Shown one piece after another: positions 36,623 to 45,008 of a DNA stretch of 64,000 bases (position 1 is the first letter of the stretch; every line of letters begins with the position of its first letter). This DNA comes from a virus, in IMG/VR virus record IMGVR_UViG_3300009509_000008, positions 1 through 64,000 of that record. One strand, 5' to 3'. The position numbers and the translations under genes were made by a program. The notes beneath the pieces were generated by a model. It was not told where the DNA came from and did no database searches. It saw only the letters and a list, made by a program, of their open reading frames with translations.

Positions 36623-38025
36623 TTCACCTTCACCTCAAACCCGCACCGCTTGAAGTACTGCATCAGCTTGAACCCCATGCGGCGCATTGGCGGAATGTTG
36701 ACGTGGAAGAGAACGATGACCTTCGCCTTCTTCTCACGATCAAGTAACAAACGTTGGATGCGACCCGTCGACTGCTGAGCGTTCTTGGGTGATTTGAACT
36801 CTGTTAGAATGATCAGCGAGTCGAGAGTCTTCTTGTTTAGCGCCTCGGCGAGCATGTCCACCGTACCGAACGTTATGTTGTGGTCTGCGAGCATACTCAG
36901 CCTGTCGTCTTCCGCTACTCCAGCATGAAGAACGCCAGAGTTTGGTATCCGTTCATGGAGCTCCTGCACGTGGTCTTTGGATAGGCTGATAGCGACCATG
37001 TCTCTGCCACGCTTCAGCCCATCATCGACCAGCTCCTTGGCGATTTCCAGTTCCCTCTCCCGCAGGCCTACGTACCGTGCAATCTTCCGGTGGTGAACTT
37101 GCCCATTCACGTCGACGACATCCTCGTGATTCAGATCAATGACGGTTCCAACTTTCTTGAACAGCACTGTTGGAATTATGTCCTGCTCGAGGTTTGTGTG
37201 GACCTCCCGACCCACGTGCCAGTAGTACACGAACTCCATGCCGTCTTCACGCTCGGTCGTCGCCGACGCTCCGTACCGGTTGCCAGGAAACAAGTGTGCT
37301 GTGAGGCTAAACAACCTGGCGCTGAGGTGGTGGACCTCATCCCAGATGATACGACCAAACCACAGGAGCATCTCCGGTGGAACTTGATCGTGATACATCG
37401 CTAAGGTCTTGAGGCTCGCTATGACCAGAGGCTTCTTCCAGTCCCATGTGGATGGGTTACCCTGGATCTTGCCTATTCGATCTGGGTCGATATTGAACAG
37501 CTCTGGATCTGTGGCGGCCTCTACCCACTGCTTCATCAAGCCCTTTGTGTTGCAGATGATGAGAGTGGGTTCACCCCACTTTGCTATGGCGTGGAGACAG
37601 ATGACTGTCTTGCCCTTTCCGCACGCCATATTCAGGATGCCGTTGTCGGCGCAGGAGAAATCCTCGAAGGCCTCCTGCTGCTCGGTACGATCCGGCATCT
37701 GCTTGTCCATCACGATGTTGTTGTGACTGAAGTCGACCTTCGGGAAGCTCTTCGGACGTAGGTCGACGACCTCATAGTCCAGCTTCTCCGGATCCAATCG
37801 AGCTCTAGGAATGCCGATGTGGTGCTTTGAGTCACGCCACAGTCTGAGATATTCAATGTCGTTGCCAACGACGATCGGAATAGACAACCCTCTCCGGATG
37901 ATGTCCTGATTCACCCTCTCTTTTGGAAGCCACAGCCAGGTGTCCAGGTACCCCTTGTCGGGGTCCCTCTTGATCAGCGAGTAAGACATCATGCTGAAAG
38001 TACCATCATAGATCGTCAAGATCAA
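36619..38025 (-). CDS. SF2 DExH helicase (UvsW/XPB-like)
   Basis: MACGKGKT, WDEVHH, SAT.ER.DG, QSTGRIQR. Confidence 0.88.
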   Translation of the reverse strand: MILTIYDGTFSMMSYSLIKRDPDKGYLDTWLWLPKERVNQDIIRRGLSIPIVVGNDIEYLRLWRDSKHHIGIPRARLDPEKLDYEVVDLRPKSFPKVDFSHNNIVMDKQMPDRTEQQEAFEDFSCADNGILNMACGKGKTVICLHAIAKWGEPTLIICNTKGLMKQWVEAATDPELFNIDPDRIGKIQGNPSTWDWKKPLVIASLKTLAMYHDQVPPEMLLWFGRIIWDEVHHLSARLFSLTAHLFPGNRYGASATTEREDGMEFVYYWHVGREVHTNLEQDIIPTVLFKKVGTVIDLNHEDVVDVNGQVHHRKIARYVGLRERELEIAKELVDDGLKRGRDMVAISLSKDHVQELHERIPNSGVLHAGVAEDDRLSMLADHNITFGTVDMLAEALNKKTLDSLIILTEFKSPKNAQQSTGRIQRLLLDREKKAKVIVLFHVNIPPMRRMGFKLMQYFKRCGFEVKVK

Positions 38026-38506
38026 AGTCGAATTCGTCGTCCTCGTCGAGATCTCGAACTCCGATCTTCTTGGCGACCCTCTGCTTCTTCGGCTTCGGAG
38101 GTGTGTTCACACTCTCCTTTGCTGGTTCAGCAAGGGGCTCAGGCTTCGGCTCTGGTAGAGCAACGGGCTCGGCCGGCTTGAACGGCCAACGCCACTCCTG
38201 GAAGAACGCATAGATCTCACCGCCAATCGCAGACAGCGCTCCAGCAATGATATTCTTCAGGATTCTGTGGAAGGCGCTCTCACCGTCGTCCGGCAGCAGG
38301 TACTTCATGTTGGTGTGGTAAGAATACACACCTCTGTTGGCACTGGTTGGGGCGGACGAGCTCTTGGCCGACCTCCTCTTTTCGATCATCAGCTTCTTCC
38401 GCTTTAGCGTTCTGTCCCGACAAGAGAACTCGTCGGGGCATTCGTCACAGACTGGATCGCCCTTCTCCCACCCAGTCCCGTATTCATCGCAGCCTCGACT
38501 ACCCAT
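38006..38506 (-). CDS. Hypothetical Cys-motif protein, first gene of the minus-strand operon
   Basis: C..YG..CDEC..SC motif; AGGAGG SD; directly downstream of the promoter at 38549. Confidence 0.6.
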   Translation of the reverse strand: MGSRGCDEYGTGWEKGDPVCDECPDEFSCRDRTLKRKKLMIEKRRSAKSSSAPTSANRGVYSYHTNMKYLLPDDGESAFHRILKNIIAGALSAIGGEIYAFFQEWRWPFKPAEPVALPEPKPEPLAEPAKESVNTPPKPKKQRVAKKIGVRDLDEDDEFDFDLDDL

Positions 38507-38548
38507 AGAAATTCGACCTCCTTAGGTAACAGATGATCTCTCAGAAGC

Positions 38549-38576
38549 CTTATAGCGATACCCCTAGGTGCTTTGC
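38549..38576 (-). promoter_or_regulatory. Phage-specific promoter motif
   Basis: GCAAAG-N14-GCTATAAG. Confidence 0.6.
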
Positions 38577-38600
38577 CGATAGGTCCCAGAATGGTAGACT
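38573..38600 (+). promoter_or_regulatory. Sigma70-like promoter (divergent)
   Basis: TTGCCG-N16-TAGACT with TGn extension. Confidence 0.5.
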
Positions 38601-38645
38601 TGGAGCGTATAGGGTGGTACTACCTGAAAGAACAGTGGAGGAACG

Positions 38646-39851
38646 ATGATCGGATCACCAGGAGTGGTCGTTGACCCCTACGATGATGACTTCAAGTCTC
38701 TCAAGGACATGTTCAGCGGCCAGGAGATGCCTGAGTTCATAAAAGAAGCTGCGATCATGGATACCACAGACCTGCAGCTCCTTCCAGATCATGCGTTTGC
38801 GGTTGTTGTGCTCGGGCAGGGGGAGCCGATGCGCAAGTATGCCTGTACGGATAAGGCGCACACGGCCGTGAACGTGATGTATCTGCTCAGAAACGAGGAT
38901 CGAATTCCTCATTCTGTGAAGATCAAGGCAGCAGCGAACCTCCTCAGAGCCTGCCATCACTATGGCCTAGAACCCGTTCCACAACTCATCAAGATGGCGC
39001 AAGGCGGAAAGCTCTTGATCAAAGGAGACGGAGCTGAGATTATCGTTCCGGGCGGCGATGGGGAGAAGACCTCAGAGGTCGTTGGCACCAGAACGATGCC
39101 CGTCACGAAGCCGGGGAAGAGGGTGAAGATCGCCAGCCTCATGGAGTCTCCCTACGTAGAGGTGGATTACATGGAGGAGAAGACAAAGACGGCCTCATAC
39201 GACCCGAGCACGTCTGTCCTGAATGGCCAGCTCTCCCTCCTCCCATACGACAATGTGATCAAGGCTCGTGACTACTTCGAGGAGAACGGCATGTATATGC
39301 ACCCTCGAGAGCGTCACGAGTACTGCATCAAGCTCGCTGCTCGAGCAGACCAGCTCGGAATCCCAATCTCCGAGACGGTCAGGAAGTATGGATCCACAAC
39401 CTTCGCTCCACGTGGGTCGATCAAGGTGGCCTTCGAGCGCCGGTCTCAGCTGTGGAGTACTCTGGACGACCGAGTTGGGGACAGCCTCGCTGGAGACCTT
39501 CTCGAGAAGAGAGCGTCGATGGACCCAGAACTCTTCGCCGAGACACTCGCCGAGCTCGACGCCCAGACTGGCATCGACCAGTATTGGGGCAACGAGATTC
39601 CAGATCCCTGGCTATCGGTGTTTGGACGAGAGAAGACAGCGTCCTGGAAGTGGGAGCAGTCGGGAGAGTACCTCACAGAGGATGCACTCAGACGCTTCGC
39701 TGCCGAGGGCGAAGACGAGATGCGTGAGAAGTTCGGGGAGGAGATGGCCAAGGGCTTTGCCAAGAACCCAACGACCATCTTTGACTCACTACCATTGGAA
39801 CAGAAGCGAGTCATTGCTAGAATGGCCCAACAGCAAGATTCAGGTCTGTGA
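38646..39851 (+). CDS. KxA-motif-rich putative head/core protein
   Basis: 401 aa, GGAGG SD; IKEAA, IKMAQ, VKIAS, TKTAS, EKRAS, EKTAS. Confidence 0.6.
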   Translation: MIGSPGVVVDPYDDDFKSLKDMFSGQEMPEFIKEAAIMDTTDLQLLPDHAFAVVVLGQGEPMRKYACTDKAHTAVNVMYLLRNEDRIPHSVKIKAAANLLRACHHYGLEPVPQLIKMAQGGKLLIKGDGAEIIVPGGDGEKTSEVVGTRTMPVTKPGKRVKIASLMESPYVEVDYMEEKTKTASYDPSTSVLNGQLSLLPYDNVIKARDYFEENGMYMHPRERHEYCIKLAARADQLGIPISETVRKYGSTTFAPRGSIKVAFERRSQLWSTLDDRVGDSLAGDLLEKRASMDPELFAETLAELDAQTGIDQYWGNEIPDPWLSVFGREKTASWKWEQSGEYLTEDALRRFAAEGEDEMREKFGEEMAKGFAKNPTTIFDSLPLEQKRVIARMAQQQDSGL

Positions 39852-39874
39852 TCTGACCTGGGAGGAGACAGACA

Positions 39875-40612
39875 ATGAGTAAGAGCATGGGAGACCAGGG
39901 TCCGAGGATCGCTCACCTGGTCCACGCAGGAAAGGGCGGTCTCGCTGGAGAGATCGCTGACCTTCGCAGCGACACCGACAGGGCGATGGCCCTCTTGGAG
40001 GCAAGGGACGCCAGTCTCGACTTCCCCGAACTCGATTACATCGACGGTGCGGGGCCGGCAGCTGCCGGAGGTGACATGGTCGTAGTGGGAAGAAATCTCC
40101 TCGATGGCCAGACCTTCGCCAGCCTGACGCTGGGAGCATCTCTCGACATCATCATGCGTGTGCCGGGTGAGGCCGGGAACGATGTCATCGTCGAGGTTGT
40201 CGATACCGGAGGCGCCGGTCCGGCCACCTACGTGTGGACTCCGGCCACCAAGACGCTCACCATCGACCTCGTAGGGACGACCCCGGACGAGGACACCATC
40301 GCCACGGCCATCAACGACGCCGGCGTGGGAGCCCCCGTGCGAGCCAATTCGGGCGGCGGGGCAGCCTTCGGAACGGTGGCGGCACAGAATCTGTCCGGCG
40401 GCACAGGCTTGGGTTGGAGCTGCACGGTTGGTGGGTTCGACGCTCCGATCAAGTTCGACACTGGTGCGGCAACTTCCAACGCCAACCTCACCGAGACTCA
40501 GGCCACGGTGACGGTGCCGGCGTTGGCCCCGATTGTGGCAACGGACAAGGCCCACGTCTATGCAACGGTCAACGGTGTGAGGGCTGAGCTCGGAGCAGTC
40601 GCAGTCGAGTAG
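39875..40612 (+). CDS. Virion structural/decoration protein
   Basis: 245 aa, Ala/Gly/Thr-rich; G.AGN.V.V.V..IATAIN..LSGG segment resembles sheath/decoration inserts. Confidence 0.5.
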   Translation: MSKSMGDQGPRIAHLVHAGKGGLAGEIADLRSDTDRAMALLEARDASLDFPELDYIDGAGPAAAGGDMVVVGRNLLDGQTFASLTLGASLDIIMRVPGEAGNDVIVEVVDTGGAGPATYVWTPATKTLTIDLVGTTPDEDTIATAINDAGVGAPVRANSGGGAAFGTVAAQNLSGGTGLGWSCTVGGFDAPIKFDTGAATSNANLTETQATVTVPALAPIVATDKAHVYATVNGVRAELGAVAVE

Positions 40613-40620
40613 GAGTCCTA

Positions 40621-41601
40621 GTGCCTGACCTTCCGTACTACGAGGAGGAGCTCCGGAAGCTCCTCGGTGGGGTGCGCTCGAGTGAGGACGTAGAGTCCAA
40701 GGGTACGGAACCGGCCAAGCCCTACGTCGAACAGCACGACGTCTCACTCGAGCTAGACGGACGTCCAAACCGCACGCCGGATGAGGACGAGCCGGACCTG
40801 TCTACTACGGACGAGGACCTCGAGGACGAGGAAACCCAAGAGGATGGGACGGAGTCTGGTGGAACACCAGTCCGAAAGCGGAATGTGTTCACACACCATG
40901 ACTCCCATCCTCTCCTCTTGGATATGATCCTGCTCCGCAAGTACGGCCCCATCTGGCTTACGTGGGAGTCTGAAACGATCTGGGACATGATCGCAAAGGA
41001 CTTCAAGCAGAACGTCAGCGCAAGCAACTCGAGCAAGATCCAGGCAGTCAAGACCTGCCATCTTGTAGAAACCCCATGGAAGGCGTGGGAAGCATTCAAC
41101 CCAGTTTGTCAGTCCCTGAACAACAACATCCCCGATTTCAGATCGCTCCAGAAGCCAACGCCTGCTCAGGCGGTTCTGACAGTGCATCTCATGAACGTGA
41201 TCAAGAAGGAGGAGTTCTCTCTCGAGGTCTCGAAGTACATCGCTGCGTGCTTCCTCGACGAGTCGATCTACTTCCTCCCACCACCAGTCGACTTCGCACA
41301 GAAGGAGGCGATGAGACTGCGATATCGTTGCCGAAAGTGCAATCGGATAGACGTCGACGAAGACAATGCGCTGTGTGACAGCTGCGGAGCTCCGCAGAGC
41401 CAGCTGGTGAAAGAACCAACTTGGGATCCTGAACCGGTCAAGAAGCGCTATAATGAGATCATAAAGCAGGGCGTGGATCATGATATCCTTCAGGAGACCG
41501 TGGTCGATGTCCAGGTAGCGCATCTTTTGGTGGCCAGGAACTATGTTGAGTTCCGAGACGGACAGCTCAAAGAGCAGGCAAAGGCGGTGGACCGTGGATG
41601 A
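40621..41601 (+). CDS. Hypothetical morphogenesis protein with zinc ribbon
   Basis: 326 aa; CRKC..CDSC. Confidence 0.6.
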   Translation: MPDLPYYEEELRKLLGGVRSSEDVESKGTEPAKPYVEQHDVSLELDGRPNRTPDEDEPDLSTTDEDLEDEETQEDGTESGGTPVRKRNVFTHHDSHPLLLDMILLRKYGPIWLTWESETIWDMIAKDFKQNVSASNSSKIQAVKTCHLVETPWKAWEAFNPVCQSLNNNIPDFRSLQKPTPAQAVLTVHLMNVIKKEEFSLEVSKYIAACFLDESIYFLPPPVDFAQKEAMRLRYRCRKCNRIDVDEDNALCDSCGAPQSQLVKEPTWDPEPVKKRYNEIIKQGVDHDILQETVVDVQVAHLLVARNYVEFRDGQLKEQAKAVDRG

Positions 41602-42580
41602 GCACTCACTTGATTACGCCTTCGTAGATTCCCAAGTAGGAGAGTTCGAGAAGCTGGCTCTCCTGAACCCGATGAAGTGGAGCCAGGCCGGGAAGGGCCG
41701 TGCTATTGGCGCCCTCGCTACTGGATTGCTTGGTGCAGGAGCCGGCGCCGCAACAGCTCCTGAGGGAGAGCGAAGTCGTGGAGCTCTTCGTGGGGCGTTG
41801 GCTGGCGCCGCTCTCGGTACGGGAGCTGGTCAGCTTGCTACTGGTCAGGGACGACGGCAGGTTGGACGCTTCCTTCAACGCCAGGCTCACGGGCTGACGG
41901 GGTACATGCCTGGGGCTTATCAGAAAGAGAAAGGAATCCTGAGCGCATTTGGAAAAGGACTTGATCCGAACAAGCGACTCGATATCCTACGTAAGATGCG
42001 CTTCTCTGAGGTTCCAGAAGCAAAGAAAGTTGACGTCATCCGGTCGGCAGCCGAGGCCCTCGAGAAGGGGGACGTCCTCCAATCTGGTTTGGGCCAGGCT
42101 GCTTTGACTAAGCAAAAGGGCGGACTCATAAGTGGTCTGCTGCCTGAGAGTGTCCAGAAGCAGCTCGCTGGTCTCAGTGCTCGCCGAGACATAGCGAAGC
42201 TCGAGCAGGCCGAGAAAGGCCTCACGGCCGCCCCACAGTTTCTCCGACAGATGGTTCTTGATCCAAGGCGCACGGCAACAACTGGAGTACTCGCCGCAGG
42301 AGGCCTAGGCACTGGGTTGACTGTTGGCATGGCTGCGCCTCAGATGTATCAGGCGGCGAAGAACAAAGACCCCGAGGAGCTTGGTGCTAGCTTGGCAGAG
42401 ACCGGACTGTACGCCATGTCTGGTGGGCTTCCCATGCTGGGATCCATGGCCCTCGGATCAGCAGCCCGCCGTATGGGCGGAGCTCCAGGATCGTTCTACA
42501 AGAAGATGCTTGCGAAGCGAGGAAAGCCCTCAGCAGAGCATGAGTATGAGCGTGTTGGTGCTGGAAGGTTGGTGGGCTGA
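41594..42580 (+). CDS. EFEKLA-motif glycine-zipper protein
   Basis: Start at GTG 41594; GEFEKLA then GALATGLLGAGAG..GALAGAALG. Confidence 0.6.
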   Translation: MDEHSLDYAFVDSQVGEFEKLALLNPMKWSQAGKGRAIGALATGLLGAGAGAATAPEGERSRGALRGALAGAALGTGAGQLATGQGRRQVGRFLQRQAHGLTGYMPGAYQKEKGILSAFGKGLDPNKRLDILRKMRFSEVPEAKKVDVIRSAAEALEKGDVLQSGLGQAALTKQKGGLISGLLPESVQKQLAGLSARRDIAKLEQAEKGLTAAPQFLRQMVLDPRRTATTGVLAAGGLGTGLTVGMAAPQMYQAAKNKDPEELGASLAETGLYAMSGGLPMLGSMALGSAARRMGGAPGSFYKKMLAKRGKPSAEHEYERVGAGRLVG

Positions 42581-44523
42581 TGTTTGACTACCACCGCATA
42601 CCGGCCCGACGAGCTGATACTGGCGGGCGTGTCGTCAACGGAATGGCTCTTCAGGGTGTTCACTACCCGTCCCCATTCTTTGACGTAGCGCACACGTATC
42701 TTCCTGCGACGATCAAGCAGATGTTCAGGTGGTGCAGATACTACTACCTCACGAATCCACTGATCGCTGCGACAGTCAACAAGATGGCCGAGTACCCAAT
42801 CACGGACATCATTGTTGACGAGGACAACCAAGGGCTGAAGGAGAAGTGGGAGCGCTTCTTCGAGGACACCGTCCAGCTCAGGCCATTCCTCATCGAAGCT
42901 GGCCTGTTCTTCATGTGCTACGGAAACGCAATGATCTCAATCAGCCACCCATTCATCAAGTGGCTGATTTGTCCGCACTGCCGCAAGAAGGTGCAAGCAA
43001 CCAAAGCCAAGTTCCAGTTCCGGGAGACTCGATTCTACCTACACTGTCCTCACTGCGGGGAGACCGGGGACGCAACGGCGTATGATCAGTACCTTCGCAG
43101 CCCAGACAAGATGCGGCTCATCCTCTGGAATCCGGAGGACATCGAGCTCACCTACAACGACCTGACAGGAGAGACGAGGTACTACTACAGCGTTCCTCCG
43201 AAGCTCAAGAACCAGATCACCATGGGGAAGCGGGACATCGTCTGCAATATCCCACAGATCTTCATCGACTCTGTGAAGATGGAGAAGGCAGTCGTCATAT
43301 CCCCAGACAATATCTTCCACTTCAAGCGCCCTTCCATCCTCACCGGACATCGGGATCGTGGATGGGGCGTCCCGATGATTCTGTCGGTGTTGAAGGATGT
43401 CTTCTACCTGCAGCTGATGAAGAAGGCGCAGGAGGCCATACTGCTCGAGCGCATCATCCCGCTCACGGTGATGTTCCCACAGCCTGGATCTGGTACGTCG
43501 GACCCATTCACTACTGTCAACCTACAGCAGTGGAAGGATCAGGTGGCCAGAGAGATCCAGAGGTGGCGTATCGACCGGAATTACATACCGATCATGCCGC
43601 TGCCCATTGGACACCAGGTCATCGGGGGAGATGGCCGGGCCCTACTCATGAGCCAGGAGATCAAGATCTGGAGCGATCAGATCGTTGCTGGGATGGGCGT
43701 TCCGAACGAGTTCGTCTACGGTGGCCTACAGTGGAGCGGATCGAACGTGTCGATGCGCATGCTCGAGAACCAGTTCCTCGGGTACATTGCAGACCTCAGT
43801 CGGTTTGTTCGCACGTTCCTGGTGCCCAAAGTCAGCGCATGGCTTGGGTGGTCAAAGATCACGGCAAGGTTCAAGCCGTTCAAGATGGCTGATGACCTTC
43901 AGCGAAAGGCGCTGTACCTCCAGCTCAACCAGGGCGGGAAGATCAGCGACACGACTCTACTGCAGGACAGCGACTTCAATCCTGACGATGAGAATGAGCT
44001 CATGGCCAGCGAGACGGAGCAGCGGCTGCAGGCTGTCAAGAAGCAGCAGCTCGCTGAGGCCGAGATCCAAGGTGAGATGATGTTGCTGCAGGCCAAGTAT
44101 CAAGCCAAGGCTCAAGTTGCGCAGCAGCAGGAGATGATGCAGGCCCAGCAGGGAGCGTCGGAGGCTGCTCCTGGAGAACCTGCCGAGATGGTTGGGTCTG
44201 AGCCAGTTCCAGGTGGAGCAGCTCCTCCTGGTCAACAGGGGGCTGGGCCGCCACCTGGGCCGCCATCAGGCATGCCGGGGGGACAACCACCGCCGGGCGT
44301 TCCTCCGCAGGAGATCGTCATGCAGCTGGCTCAGCGGCTGATGGCCATGGATCCTGAGGCGCAGCGCATGGCTATCCAGTCGTTGGCTCAACGAAGTCCC
44401 GAGCTTGCACGTGCGGTCATCCAGGTACTCCGCCAGACCATGGGTGCTGGAGGAGGCTCTGCTGGACTTCCCCTCCCGGAGCAGAGACCTCCCCGGCGTG
44501 GCCCAGAATCGGCGATCATATAG
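42580..44523 (+). CDS. Portal protein with zinc-ribbon insert and Q/P-rich tail
   Basis: YY..NPLIAATVNKMAEYP, IFHFKRP..WGVPMI, IVAGMGVP.EF; CPHC..CPHC insert; long Gln/Pro C-terminus. Confidence 0.75.
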   Translation: MFDYHRIPARRADTGGRVVNGMALQGVHYPSPFFDVAHTYLPATIKQMFRWCRYYYLTNPLIAATVNKMAEYPITDIIVDEDNQGLKEKWERFFEDTVQLRPFLIEAGLFFMCYGNAMISISHPFIKWLICPHCRKKVQATKAKFQFRETRFYLHCPHCGETGDATAYDQYLRSPDKMRLILWNPEDIELTYNDLTGETRYYYSVPPKLKNQITMGKRDIVCNIPQIFIDSVKMEKAVVISPDNIFHFKRPSILTGHRDRGWGVPMILSVLKDVFYLQLMKKAQEAILLERIIPLTVMFPQPGSGTSDPFTTVNLQQWKDQVAREIQRWRIDRNYIPIMPLPIGHQVIGGDGRALLMSQEIKIWSDQIVAGMGVPNEFVYGGLQWSGSNVSMRMLENQFLGYIADLSRFVRTFLVPKVSAWLGWSKITARFKPFKMADDLQRKALYLQLNQGGKISDTTLLQDSDFNPDDENELMASETEQRLQAVKKQQLAEAEIQGEMMLLQAKYQAKAQVAQQQEMMQAQQGASEAAPGEPAEMVGSEPVPGGAAPPGQQGAGPPPGPPSGMPGGQPPPGVPPQEIVMQLAQRLMAMDPEAQRMAIQSLAQRSPELARAVIQVLRQTMGAGGGSAGLPLPEQRPPRRGPESAII

Positions 44524-44568
44524 AGCTAAAAACAGATGCCGGCCGAGCACTAGCCAGACCGGCACCTG
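44524..44568 (-). terminator. Intrinsic terminator
   Basis: CAGGTGCCGGTC..GGCCGGCATCTG followed by TTTTTAGC. Confidence 0.7.
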
Positions 44569-44574
44569 CGGCTC

Positions 44575-44700
44575 TCAGGGTTCCTTCTCTTGGTCCCCCT
44601 CCCGCTCTGCCCTCCTCCGTTCAGCCTCCCGCATGATCAGATACTTTGATACCTGAGTTAGAAATACAGAGATGAACGAGAGGAGGAATAGCTCTACCAC
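44575..44700 (-). CDS. 41-aa membrane microprotein (not in ORF track)
   Basis: GTG start; MVELFLLSFISVFLTQVSKYLIMREAERRRAEREGDQEKEP; lies between promoter 44935 and terminator 44524. Confidence 0.45.
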   Translation of the reverse strand: MVELFLLSFISVFLTQVSKYLIMREAERRRAEREGDQEKEP

Positions 44701-44879
44701 TTCCTCTCATCATCGTCATTCGATGACGACCCCAATGGGGCAGAGAGGTCTACCGCTCCTCCTCTACCTCCTCCTAGAACAAGATCGTTCTCCATGCTCG
44801 AAAAGAAATCGTTCGAGCTCCATCCACTCTCCTGCTCTGACTTGACAGTCTTGTCCTGATCCTCTCTCACCATTTCCAA
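44694..44879 (-). CDS. Small acidic hypothetical protein
   Basis: AAGGTG SD; first ORF after promoter 44935; start may be ATG 44873. Confidence 0.45.
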   Translation of the reverse strand: MEMVREDQDKTVKSEQESGWSSNDFFSSMENDLVLGGGRGGAVDLSAPLGSSSNDDDERKW

Positions 44880-44934
44880 TCACCTTCCTTGAGCCGTTGA
44901 GAGCTGGGATCTAAGCACTTGACCGTCTAAATCA

Positions 44935-44942
44935 CTTATAGC
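44935..44942 (-). promoter_or_regulatory. Phage-specific promoter core
   Basis: GCTATAAG; the upstream CAA element is not at the usual spacing. Confidence 0.45.
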
Positions 44943-44949
44943 GAATTCA

Positions 44950-44979
44950 TTGACCAACCTATCTGTAGGCTGCTACATT
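44950..44979 (+). promoter_or_regulatory. Sigma70-like promoter for the RNAP gene
   Basis: TTGACC-N18-TACATT with TGn extension. Confidence 0.5.
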
Positions 44980-45008
44980 GAATTTCAGCAGACATATAGG
45001 AGAGATCG

